Below are positions 53,615 through 64,000 of a stretch of DNA of 64,000 nt, one piece after another. The DNA lies in NCBI GenBank assembly GCA_964016885.1, contig OZ024752.1, positions 25,544,001 to 25,608,000 of the forward strand, given 5' to 3'. The stretch's first letter is position 1. Every line of letters begins with the position of its first letter. Origin of the DNA: Eledone cirrhosa. Lineage: Eukaryota. The notes under the pieces were generated by a model. It was given only the letters and a program-made list of their open reading frames with translations, was not told the origin of the DNA and made no database searches. Made by a program: the position numbers and the translations under genes.

Positions 53615-54735
53615 CTAATGATTTTTTAGGCAAGCCAGCACACTGGCAGCGTTGCCTCGGGTGATGGCGAGGTTAATGCGCTGGAACAACCAAGCGCCCT
53701 CTTGAGATTCGCCAGTTACCTCTATTAGATCAAAGTGATCTGACTGGACGAAGAGGGAGTCGAAGGTGGCCTTCGAACTTATGCTGTCCCAAGTTCTCTG
53801 ACTTCAACTGTCCTCCACCTTCTCAGGAAGAGACAGGCCCAACTCACTCCATTGCTGGAGAGCTTCACCCAACTCCCTGTTGGAACTAGTCCGTGTTGGA
53901 GAGGAGAGGATGCTGCTCACTAGGGTGGAGCAAGCGTGGGTGGAGGAAAGGAAGCAGGGGAGAAAGAGGGACGAACACTTACGAAGACCAAGACCCCCAA
54001 ATCGCTTGGGCAATGTAGCCTGATCGCGGGACTCTGGAGAGAGTCTAACATTGACCAGGCACTCAAGTCTCTCGAAGATTAGGTCGTCGAAGCATTGGAG
54101 GCAGGACGGAAATCTGTGAGAGGGGCTGACTCTGAGCAGATACAGAAGCTTAGGAATAGACAGGTAGTTCCTGAGTATGAAGAAATCTTGATGGGGTTCG
54201 ATAACTTCGATATTCCTCAGCAGCTGCTCAAGGTCAACCATCTTCGATTGGAAGATTGACTCGAAGGCAAGGTCTGTGATTGGGGCTCCTAAGGAGCACC
54301 AAACCGACGGGGGAGGGATCGCGATGGAAGGGAAGGACTCTTCAAACAGGTCGATTAGCTGTTGGTGTTGAGAAGCCGGGTGGTTGAGGATCCAGAGCGC
54401 ACATTTGGAGCTATTGACCTGGAGATCCCGGCGGCTAAGCTCCTCAGCCATCTTGTTGGCAGTGGCGAGAACCATATCTGGAGTTCCTCCCAAACAGGCG
54501 TCGTCGAGCTACCAGACATTGAGGTCCAACTCAACTCCCATCTTGGTGACGTCGTCAATGCCCAGTGCAAACAGAGCAAGCCCGAGTGGGTCACCCTGTT
54601 GGACTCCTGAGGCAGGGGTGATGATTTGGTCACCGAAAGAGAGGTAGAAGGGCTCCCGATAAGCCTGCCAAGCAAAGTGGTAGAGTTGTGGGACCCTCTC
54701 TCTTACTGAACCGAGGACGACGTCGTGGCTGACGA
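53615..54735 (-). mobile_element. CRE-clade (RT + restriction-like endonuclease) non-LTR fragment in TBCD intron 1
   Basis: GVQQGDPLG, NVW*LDD, LPKRFGGLGLR and C-terminal WLFQRINLAITRGNAASV, typical of CRE-like elements. Internally deleted. Confidence 0.82.
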
Positions 54736-54978
54736 TCGATGAAGACTATTATTTTGACTACGTGATTGATTTAGTTTTATGTACCATTAGATGGCCGGCG
54801 AGACCAATTCTGGACCAAAATGAGAATCATGTGGAGGGTAATTGTGACTTGTAACTTTATTTGAGGTGCCGGCTGACCTGTCATTGTGAGTACTTTGTGC
54901 ATCTATGGAGCCTGTTTTGAGCAATATCTATAGAGAAACATACATACGTGTGTGTGTGTGTATACATATATATGTGTG

Positions 54979-55368
54979 TCATCATCATCATCATCATCAT
55001 CTTCGTTTAACGTCCATCTTCCACACTAGCATGGGTCTGGATGGGAATTTTACCACTTGAGGCAAGATTGGTTGTCTTGCTCGTATAAGACTGTCTGGCG
55101 GGTTTTCTACGGCTGGATGCCCTTCCTAATACCAACCACGTTTACAGTGTGGACTGGGAGGTTTTTACCGTGTTACCTACACGGCTACATTACAGCCTGG
55201 ACTGTGTGTTTTTTTTGTCGTGACACCTACACGACCTCATTTATTTCGGACTGGATGTTGTGGTACCAACATAACTTTACATCGAAAGGGTTGGTGGTGG
55301 TGTGGGACGGGGTTGTATTTTTGTTAGAGGTGCCTACTGACTGTAGGTTTCGCTTTGTACTTAGGCAA
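54979..55368 (-). mobile_element. RTE LINE 3' UTR-only insertion
   Basis: Same 3' UTR sequence and (CAT)n tail as the other RTE copies. Confidence 0.88.
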
Positions 55369-55699
55369 GTGTGTGTGTGTATATTCGTAAATGCATCACT
55401 AACTCTTTCTAAGCTCCAACGTTGCTTCTCTCTCAACGCTTGTTTTGCATGAAATAAATATTGAGCAACTGCTTCTTTCTGTGGCTGGCATTTACATCGT
55501 ATATATCTGTTTCTACTCTCCATTGAGATTCGATTATATTCTTCCGCTTTTGCTACACACTCACACACACGCACATATATACACATATGTACGTGCGTAC
55601 ATACATATATACATACTGGAAGCCAACTTGTGTCCGAGTTCGACCACTTATTAGAAAGTAAAAAATAAAACCCAAAAAATAACAGACAATGTCAAAAAC

Positions 55700-56650
55700 G
55701 TGGTATTGATGTTGCTGTCGTTGATGCCACCGTAGATGGCTCATCAAACCAGGAAGTGACTTATATATCATACTACACAGTGTGCATGTAAATTTCATAC
55801 CTACTTCAGTATGGTATGCTTTGTGGTACTGTGTTAGCCAGCCAGCAGAGGGACACACTTTGGTACAGATGCCACATGCAGAATCAAGGTGTATGGGTTA
55901 CTCCAAGGTGTTATTTCCATGAGTATAACACCTGCTATGGCTTAGTAGCCTAGCCTTTGACATGCATACACGTCTGCATCCCTGCCAGGTAAGAGTCTCT
56001 TTCAAACTCCGTTTAGGGAGCAGACTAACACCCCCCATATATTTAGCTGCTTATGTCACTTCTGCATAGGCCCTCACCTTCTTTTCAAATTATTTAACAC
56101 TGGTTGCAAACTTTTCCCATGTTTTGGTGGTTGATGTTAACCCTCTTCAGGCTATCTTTCAGGCACTTGTGTGGCTTGCAACTGCTCTCCATACAATACC
56201 TATTTTGGGAGTCTGCTGTCCTCAAGTCTATGTGTCCTGCTGCAGCACATTTTTATCTTGTTTTTGAGAACTCCATGAGATTTTGAGATTGGAGCATAAG
56301 CATTGTTGGTGGAAACGTTTGAGGTGCTGGATATGCCCACAGTACGTTGTCCCTGTCTCACATCCATACAGCCTGACTGTAAGCACGCATAAACTTCAAC
56401 TTACTGACTGTAAGCACGCATAAACTTCAACTTTCTTGTGCACACTGATATCTGACTGTGACCACAGAGGCACTTCTCCAGCTTACCAAAAGCATCGTAA
56501 ACTTTGGACAGCCGGTAGCTGACCTCTTCATCGAAGGTGCTGGTTTTGAAGAGTACTACTCAGGTAGATGAACTTATCCACAACCTTCAATATTTTCCCT
56601 TCGACAGGTTTGGATGGTGGAATATATAGCTTTCCAGGTGCAACAAGTTG
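55700..56650 (-). mobile_element. Degenerate RTE-BovB-like LINE 3' fragment
   Basis: DEEVSYRLSKVYDAFGKL-like segment and C-terminal C2H2 fingers (CTLC...GLMSHLRWH). Heavily mutated; a ~29-bp tandem duplication near 56373-56432. Confidence 0.65.
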
Positions 56651-56861
56651 TGGTTGCTCTTCCATTCCTCCCTGTCATCATATCAGTAATGTAGAATAAA
56701 AAGAAATCATTAGTCTTGCAAGGACATGCCAGCATCTCTTTCACACACTTCTCTAGTGCCACAATAAAAGGCACTCAGTACACTATGTAAAGTAGTTGTT
56801 GCTAAGAGGGGCATCTAACCATGAAAACCATGGTAAGGAATGTACAAGTCAGATGGCATTA

Positions 56862-56915
<54 letters not shown>

Positions 56916-56967
56916 CGAATAAGGAAAAGCGAAGTAGTTTCAGATGTTCAAGTCCTTTAATAATAAT

Positions 56968-57041
56968 GCTGTGATATATATTTCAGTGACGACACTGGCC
57001 ACACTGTTCTGTGTGCGAGTGTCGTGTCATCATCAGACAGC
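56968..57041 (-). ncRNA. Putative type-I hammerhead ribozyme (mirror copy)
   Basis: Reverse-complement copy of 57188-57261 with an intact core. Confidence 0.75.
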
Positions 57042-57187
57042 TTGTTACATAATAAGGTTATGTTTCCGAGGCAATCCAAATTGGATCGACATGGGAACGG
57101 ATGAATTGCATATTTTTGGGTTTTTCATCCGTTCCCATGTCGATCCAATTTGGATTGCCTCGGAGACATAACCTTATTATGTAACAA

Positions 57188-57261
57188 GCTGTCTGATGAT
57201 GACACGACACTCACACACAGAACAGTGTGGCCAGTGTCGTCACTGAAATATATATCACAGC
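57188..57261 (+). ncRNA. Putative type-I hammerhead ribozyme
   Basis: GCUGU-CUGAUGA-[stem II containing ACGACACU/AGUGUCGU]-GAAA-UAUAUA-UC^-ACAGC. Stem I GCUGU/ACAGC, palindromic stem III, predicted cut after C57256, ATTAAA just downstream. Confidence 0.75.
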
Positions 57262-57469
57262 ATTATTATTAAAGGACTTGAACATCTGAAACTACTTCGC
57301 TTTTCCTTATTCGATATTTACTCCGTCACCCCTATGTGGAAAAAGTACGTTGAGTGCTTGAATTGAATTGCATCAATGTTTACCCTAATAATTATATATA
57401 TACATATATATATCATCATCATCATTGTTTTACGCCCATTCTTCCAGGCTAAAATGGTGATGATGACGA

Positions 57470-57501
<32 letters not shown>

Positions 57502-57505
<4 letters not shown>

Positions 57506-60500
57506 TCATCATCATCATCGTTTAACGTCCATTTTCCATGCTAGCATGGGTCTGGACGGGAATTGTCCCACTTGAGGCAAGATTGGTTGTCTTGCTCAGG
57601 ACTGTCTGGCGGGTTTTCTACGGCTGGATGCCCTTCCTCACAGCAACCACGTTTACAGTGTGTACTGGGAGGTTTTTACCGTGTTACCTACACGGCCAAA
57701 TTACAGCGTGGACTGTGTGTTTTTTTGTCGTGACACCTACACGACCTAATTTGTTTCGGACTGGTACCAACATAACTTCACATTTAAGGGGGTGGGGGTA
57801 GTGGGACGGGGGTTTATTTTGTTAGAGGTGCCTACTGACTGTAGGTTTTGCTTTGTACTTAGGCAAGGTGGGTCTTCTATATAACTGTGTAGCGCCAAAG
57901 ATCTCGGTCCAGTGACATTGTCTTGGAGAGGTGTAAGTGTGTGAGGTTGGAATTTATCAAGTCGTCCCAGGTTTTTCTGGGTCTGCCTACTCCGTGGCTA
58001 CCGTCTATTTTTATCGCCCTGCACTTTTTTATACAGCTGTCGTCTTTCATGCGCATCACGTGACCGTACCAACGTAGTCTTCTCTCGAGTAAACAACATC
58101 TGATCCCTCTTATTCCTAATTTCTCCCTTAGTTCGTTTATGCTTTGCCGTTCACGTATATTACTATTACACATCCAGCAGAGCATGCAAGCTTTGTTTCT
58201 CTCCAGTCTGCGTATATCCTCTGCACACAATGCCCAGGTCTCACTGCCATGTAACATTGCTGTTCGTATGCAGGCATCATACAGCTTGCCTTTCATTTTT
58301 AGAGAGAACCCTTTAGCGGCTAATAGTGGTATAAGCTCTCTGAACTTTTTCCATCCCGTTCTGACTCTAGCTACTGTACTTTCCGAGCACCCTCCCCCAC
58401 TGCTGATTTTGTCACCCAGGTAACGGAAGCTGTCCACTATTTCTATAGAACCATCTGTGCAATGGAATCAGCTAGTATTCTGTGGGCACTTGCTGCTACT
58501 TATTGCACCAGAGCACCGGCCACATATAAAATCTATATTCTTAGTTAGCTTACCTGTGATCCCACTACATCTTTTATGCACCCATACTTTGCATTTGGGA
58601 CATAAATTGGAGTTTCTGCCTACTCCTTTCCTACACACTGAGCATGGCCATTTCCCAGATGGGACCGATGCCCTATTTTCCTTCCTACAAACTAGAACTT
58701 TAGTCTTAGACAAGTTAACTTTAAGGCGTTTTGATTCTAGGCCATGCTTCCATGGTTGGAATTTCTTCTCTAGTTCAGCCATTGATTCAGTTATGAGCGT
58801 TAGATCATCTGCATATAGTAGTTCCCATGGGCAGCCGGTCTTGAACTCCTCTGTTATAGCCTGAAGGGCAATAATAAATAGTAGGGGGCTAAGAACGGAG
58901 CCCTGATGAACACCAACTTTTACGCTAAACTCTTGACTATATTCGTTGTTAATTCTAACCTTGCTGACTGTTTCTTTATACATGGCTTCTATAGCTCTCA
59001 CAAGCCATTCATCAACACCTAGTTTTCTAAGGGCCCACCAGATAATCGAGCGGGGTACTCTGTCAAAGGCTTTCTCCAAGTCAACAAAGCTAAGTATAGG
59101 GGGTTTACTTTTAGCTAGGTACTTCTCCTGTAGTTGTCGTACAATGAAGAGAGCGTCTGTTGTACTTTTACCTGACACAAACCCGAACTGCATTTCGTCT
59201 AGATCAATTCGCTCTCTGATTAGTTGCGCTATTACTTTTTCTGTGACCTTCATGACCTGGTCAATTAATTTAATACCTCTATAGTTTCCCCTATCTAGGG
59301 CATCACCTTTACCCTTGTAGCAGTTAATGATGATGCTGCTGCGCCAGTCCTTCGGAACGACCCCATTCTGTATGACTTGGTTTACTATCCGAGTGACCAT
59401 AGTGTGTCCCACCGTTCCAGATGCTTTCAGCATTTCAGCAACTATTTCCGAAGGCCCGGCCGCCTTGCCCGTCTTCATATCTTTGATCGCCTTACTTATT
59501 ATACTACCTTCAACTTGCACTGCTGGTCCCTCTATTGGGTCGATGTGGGGGAGACTGTCTTTCTCCCAATTATTCTCCTCATTTAGTAGTCTTTCGTAGT
59601 GACACTTCCAAGCTACCTTCTTATTAGCGTCAGTGATGGCAAGTACACCATCATCATTAAGGACACACTTCTCCCCGACAATATCACTGTTTTCCTTGAC
59701 ACATTGCCTAGCAATCCTGAACACCTCACGTTTTTGGTCCTCGCGTTGTAGAACATGCTTGAACTTTCTTTCCCCTGCTTCCCTTCTTGCGAAGTACACT
59801 TGTCTCTTAGCTTCCCTCCTGGCCACTTGATAGTCTTCTCTACTTCCCCCATCCCGCCATGCTTTCCAAGCCTGCTTTTTGGCCTTGATTGACCCCTCCA
59901 CCTTACTGTTCCACCACCGAGTTACTCTCCTCCTGCCTATAGGTCTGCTCCAGCCACAGGTTTTATCTGTCGCCTTCAGCAGGTTAGCTTTCAGGAATTC
60001 CCACTGTTCCTCTATATTGTACGACTCTAATTGCTCTTCCTTACTATCAAAAGCATCAAGTAATATGCTTTTAAATTTATTACTGGCTGTGGGGTCTTTT
60101 AACTTCCATATTTTTCTCCTGAGGATAGTCCTCTTCTGTTGTCGAGTACGTCTCGTCCTAACTATGAGGTCGCTAATTATGAGTCTATGTTGAGAGGTGC
60201 ATTCTTCATGGGGGAGGGATTTAGTGTTTACAACAGACACTCTGTCACGTCTCCTGGTAAGGATATAATCTACCTGGCTTGTGTGTTCCCCCGATCTATA
60301 GGTGATCAAGTGATTGTCTCGTTTTTTGAAGTTAGTGTTACAGATAGTTAGGTTATTTGCGTCACAGAATTCCAGGATTCTGGAGCCTTCCTCATTTCTA
60401 GTACCAAACCCATAGCCTCCATGGATTCCGTCATAGCCGTCACAATGTTGTCCAACGTGACCATTTAGGTCGCCAGCGATAACTATGTAGTCACTGTCGG

Positions 60501-61030
60501 TTATTTGGGAGGTAGTGAGCATTAACGTCTCATAGAATCTGTCTTTTATAACGCCAGGCAGTCCGGATTGTGGTGCATATGCAGATATTATTGTCACAGT
60601 AGTTCTATTGAGGACAAGTCTTATTTTAATTATTCTGTCGTTCACTCTATTTACGTCTATTATCTTATCTGCCCACTTTTCTGCTACCATGATTCCTACT
60701 CCACCCAGCCCATTGTCATTTCCCACCCAGAAAAGCTTATAACATCGTTCTTTACCCACAATGAATCTAGCAGACCCACCCTTCCACCTGGTCTCTTAAA
60801 TACAACAAACATCGACCTCCTTACGTTCAAGCATTTCTACAACCTCGTTAGAGCGACCCTTTAAGGTGCCTACATACATGGTACCAACTCTGAAGTTTTG
60901 GATTGCGTTTGGAGGGTGGGAGCGGTGGGGCGCAGGGGGGGTGAGGGAGATTGGGTTATGTTAGCCATCCGCGGCCGAAACAAGGAGGAGTCCTTGCATT
61001 CTCGTCTGGCAGCATGAGGTGAATTTGTCT
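57502..61030 (-). mobile_element. RTE-clade LINE, near full length, in TBCD intron 1 (antisense)
   Basis: 763-aa APE-RT ORF plus a 186-aa C-terminal ORF, broken by a few stops and a frameshift. Same subfamily as 28006-31700; (GAT)n tail next to (TA)n. Confidence 0.96.
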
Positions 61031-61596
61031 TTACTAATGAATATACCCTCTTACGTGGTCATGAAAACCCTCTTGTGTGGTCTCTAAGCTCACAAAGCGG
61101 AGGGGACATCAAGTTACATATCAACATTTATTCTGTCCGTTTCATTAAAGGGAAAACTGGAAAGCTTTGAAATAATACAATTGCCACTTTCTTCCAGATA
61201 AGAGTACTCTTTGGATAGACAGAGTTGCTCTTGTATAAATGTTCAAAATAGCTGGTATCGTCTGGTGGGAATATAACAAATTCAACTGGTCCTTATTCAT
61301 AAAAAAGAACATTTATGTTCCTTTTTTTGAAATTTATATACTTCCTTTCAAAGAATGTATTTATACTTTCAACTGCCTGCAATGGTATCTTTGGAATATC
61401 GTTAATCAATATATATATATTATCATTTCTAGTGCTGGTGGCATGATAAAATGCATAGTCTACCTTGTAATGTAATGTGGTTAGCAGTAGAAAGAATATC
61501 CAGATAAGAAATCCATGGCTTATATAGCACAGCATTCTGCTTTACATTGTTTCACTGATTTATACTGATGTTAATTGCTTCAATTGTTTGTTTCAG

Positions 61597-61647
61597 TCAT
61601 CATTGACAGATATCAGTTTCAGCCAACTGTCATGGATCCATATCTAG
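61597..61647 (+). CDS. TBCD: Tubulin-specific chaperone D, coding exon 2
   Basis: ttgtttgtttcag acceptor and GTAAGT donor. Encodes (F)IIDRYQFQPTVMDPYL(E), cf. TBCD IMDKYQEQPHLLDPHLE. Confidence 0.92.
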   Translation, partial: SSLTDISFSQLSWIHI

Positions 61648-61810
61648 GTAAGTTTGTATATTACATGCATATATTACCAAGAAAAAAATTGCTCACTAGT
61701 GTTCATAGAGGTTTTTTTTATTATAACTCCTTTAACATTTAAACCGGTCGTATCTAGCCAGAATTCTCTCACCTCATACTGATGTTAAGGTATTGTTCTC
61801 AAAATAACTA

Positions 61811-61978
61811 CCGTATTTCCTGGCGTCTTAGATGCTACTTTTTTCTTCAAATAAGTCTCAAAAATCTACCATGTGTCCTGGAGGCCGAAGGTTGTTTATT
61901 ATTTTTTTTCAAATTTTTACTTGTCAAAATTAGGATGCGTCCTCGAGGATGAAGCGTATTCAGCGCTGGGAAATACGG
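61811..61978. mobile_element. Tc1/mariner(pogo)-type MITE nested in a piggyBac MITE
   Basis: TA TSD and CCGTATTTCC...GGAAATACGG TIRs. Absent from the 18490 copy of the host element. Confidence 0.85.
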
Positions 61979-62701
61979 TAATATTAAAATGTCATAGATT
62001 CGATATTATGTGAGATAAAGCCTTTACTTTATCTCACATAATGCAAAAGCTAAAGGGTTAACCACTTAATCAATCCTATCCATCACAACATTTACACACA
62101 ACCACAATTTTCATAAATCTTTAAATTGTCCATAAACTTTCTCAGCCACCATCTAATTACCCTTTCCACCATCTTATTCACACACGAACAATTTTCATGA
62201 GTTATAATTCCAATATATGTTCATCATCATCATCAATTAAAAAATCGTTGTTAAAATTAGGGAGGGGGGGGAAAAATGCATAAACATGCCAGAAATACAT
62301 CTATGGTCTTAGAACTCTTGATGGAGTTGTAGAGGCACTGTTTTGGGCATTTAAACTGGTGGTGGTGGGGGGGGGGGGGGGGCGATTCCTATCCTGGTCT
62401 CAGCTGATTTCTTCCAGAGAAAGAGGGAGGGAAAAAGAGAGAAAGTCAGAGACATAATTGAACTGGTAGTTTATTTATCCATCTTGAAAAGATAAAAGGC
62501 AAAGTTGACCTCGCCAGGATTTGAACTTGGAACACTAAGGTGTGGAATGAATACTGCAAAGAATTCTTTCTGATATTCTAATGACTCTGTCAATTTGCTG
62601 CCTTATGCTAGAAATATCAACCAAATTCAAACAAAATAGTGACCATCTGTTTTACAATTTGTATATGAAAATTTTAACATATTTTTTTTCTTTTTTTACA
62701 G

Positions 62702-62799
62702 AGAATTACGTTAATATACTAATGGGCTACATCAAGGACCCAGATTCTCCTCAGGGGTTAATTCATTTTTCGTTCAAACATTTATATCTAATAAGCAAG
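62702..62799 (+). CDS. TBCD: Tubulin-specific chaperone D, coding exon 3
   Basis: Polypyrimidine-acag acceptor and GTTAGT donor. Encodes (E)NYVNILMGYIKDPDSPQGLIHFSFKHLYLISK, cf. TBCD SPASLVHLAFKFLYIITK. Confidence 0.92.
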
Positions 62800-63254
62800 G
62801 TTAGTGTCTTCATTTAATTTCACATAGGTGGGAGAAGTAAATCATTAGTGTTCGTGTCTCATTATCATCATCATTTTATGTCTGTTTTCCATGCTCACAT
62901 GAGGTCCTAGTCAATTCTTATTCAGAGTTACTGTGTCCAAGACAGGTCAGAGGAGTATGTTCCATTTTTGGCATGGTTTCTACAACTGGAGGAACTTTCT
63001 AATGCCACCCACTTTACAGAGTATGCTGGGTGTATTTTATTGTGACATCACCACTACAGAGCTTGTCACTTCCGACTAAAGGGTCCTCTTGACCTTATGT
63101 TGTTTCCATTTTTTTTGTCAACCACTTTATAGAGAGTACTAGGTGAATTTTATCATGGCACAAGTATTGCTTTGTGCTCTCCAAGACTAAAGAGTATACA
63201 CTACTTGATGATGCATATTCTAAAATTAATTATCATTAGTTATTATATAGAGAA

Positions 63255-63480
63255 AGTGCATGGCTTAGTGGTTAGAGCGTTGGGCTTGCAATCGAGAGGT
63301 TGTGAGTTCAATTTTAGGACCAGGTGTTGCGGTGTGTCCTTGAGTAAGACACTTTATTTCATGTTGCTCCAGTTTACCCAGTTTAGTCAGCTGTAGAAAT
63401 GAGTTGCGATGTCACTGGGGCCAAGCTGTATCGGCCATTGCCTTTCCTTTCGACAACATCAGTGGTGTGGATGTTTATAT
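63255..63480 (+). mobile_element. tRNA-derived SINE with CORE/V-like domain
   Basis: TGGCTTAGTGGTTAGAGCG A box, GAGTTCAATT B box, GTGTCCTTGAGTAAGACACTT core. Related copies at 51500-51835(-) and 7010-7140(-). Confidence 0.8.
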
Positions 63481-63829
63481 AGGTGTGGCTAACCACATAG
63501 ATTCTAGCCATTAGAAAAAGCAAAATGCATGCTTCACCTTTGAAAGAGGGATGACTCAAGAAGAAGAGATTATATTTGTAAAAACTAGTTATGATATATA
63601 TTGTTTAATTGATCTTTCATTCACTTACAATATGTGTATAAAATAATCTCAAAAAAAAAAGAAAAAAAAAAACAATCTACTCTTCCTTGTTATCTTTAAC
63701 AATATTTAATGTCCAATGTACTGGATATATTTTTCATGGGATATTTCTGATTCTTCCAGAGTTGACAATCATCGTTTGTCTTTGTTTAACTTATTCTATA
63801 TTGGTATGCTTTATTTCTCTAATCTTTAG

Positions 63830-63931
63830 ATGCGTTCTCAAAAACTGATTGCTCGTTACCTGCCTCACGAAGTCACAGATCTTCCTTTTGCGCTGAAGTT
63901 ACTCCATATGCAGGACCCTGAAGATGCAAGT
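63830..63931 (+). CDS. TBCD: Tubulin-specific chaperone D, coding exon 4
   Basis: tctttag acceptor and GTAAGT donor. Encodes MRSQKLIARYLPHEVTDLPFALKLLHMQDPEDAS, cf. TBCD [22 protein letters not shown]. Confidence 0.92.
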
Positions 63932-64000
63932 GTAAGTTATTGCAATACTACTTGTCTTGTTTTTCTATTTTGTTTGTAAGATTTGTGGTTTGGTGGGCAT

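Larger units (their letters stand above)
56912..57317. repeat. 406-bp palindrome (194-bp arms, 18-nt loop), inverted Penelope-like pseudo-LTR pair
   Basis: Arms 56912-57105 and 57124-57317 are reverse complements, with only two mismatches seen. Confidence 0.95.

Overview
AT-rich, microsatellite-dense animal DNA. The repeat families and the (TA)n/(CAT)n load suggest a coleoid cephalopod such as Octopus (inference only). Two intron-rich genes sit head-to-head. A FAM177A1-like gene lies on the minus strand (exons 19640-19467, 2275-2209, 1104-1013; tentative first exon near 43.5 kb; last exon outside the window). TBCD (tubulin-folding cofactor D) lies on the plus strand (exons 52915-53092, 61597-61647, 62702-62799, 63830-63931, continuing past the window). 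The rest is mostly transposon-derived: many RTE-clade LINE copies with a PHD-type finger inside the RT region, a decayed L1/Tx1 element, CRE-clade fragments, tRNA-derived SINEs, Tc1/mariner and piggyBac MITEs, Helitron ends and minisatellites. The most striking unannotated signal is a recurring class of short foldback elements. They carry minimal type-I hammerhead-ribozyme motifs, a poly(A) signal and a shared TTGAGTRCT tail motif. The best example is a 406-bp near-perfect palindrome in TBCD intron 1 encoding a hammerhead on each strand. All calls were made by eye, without database searches.
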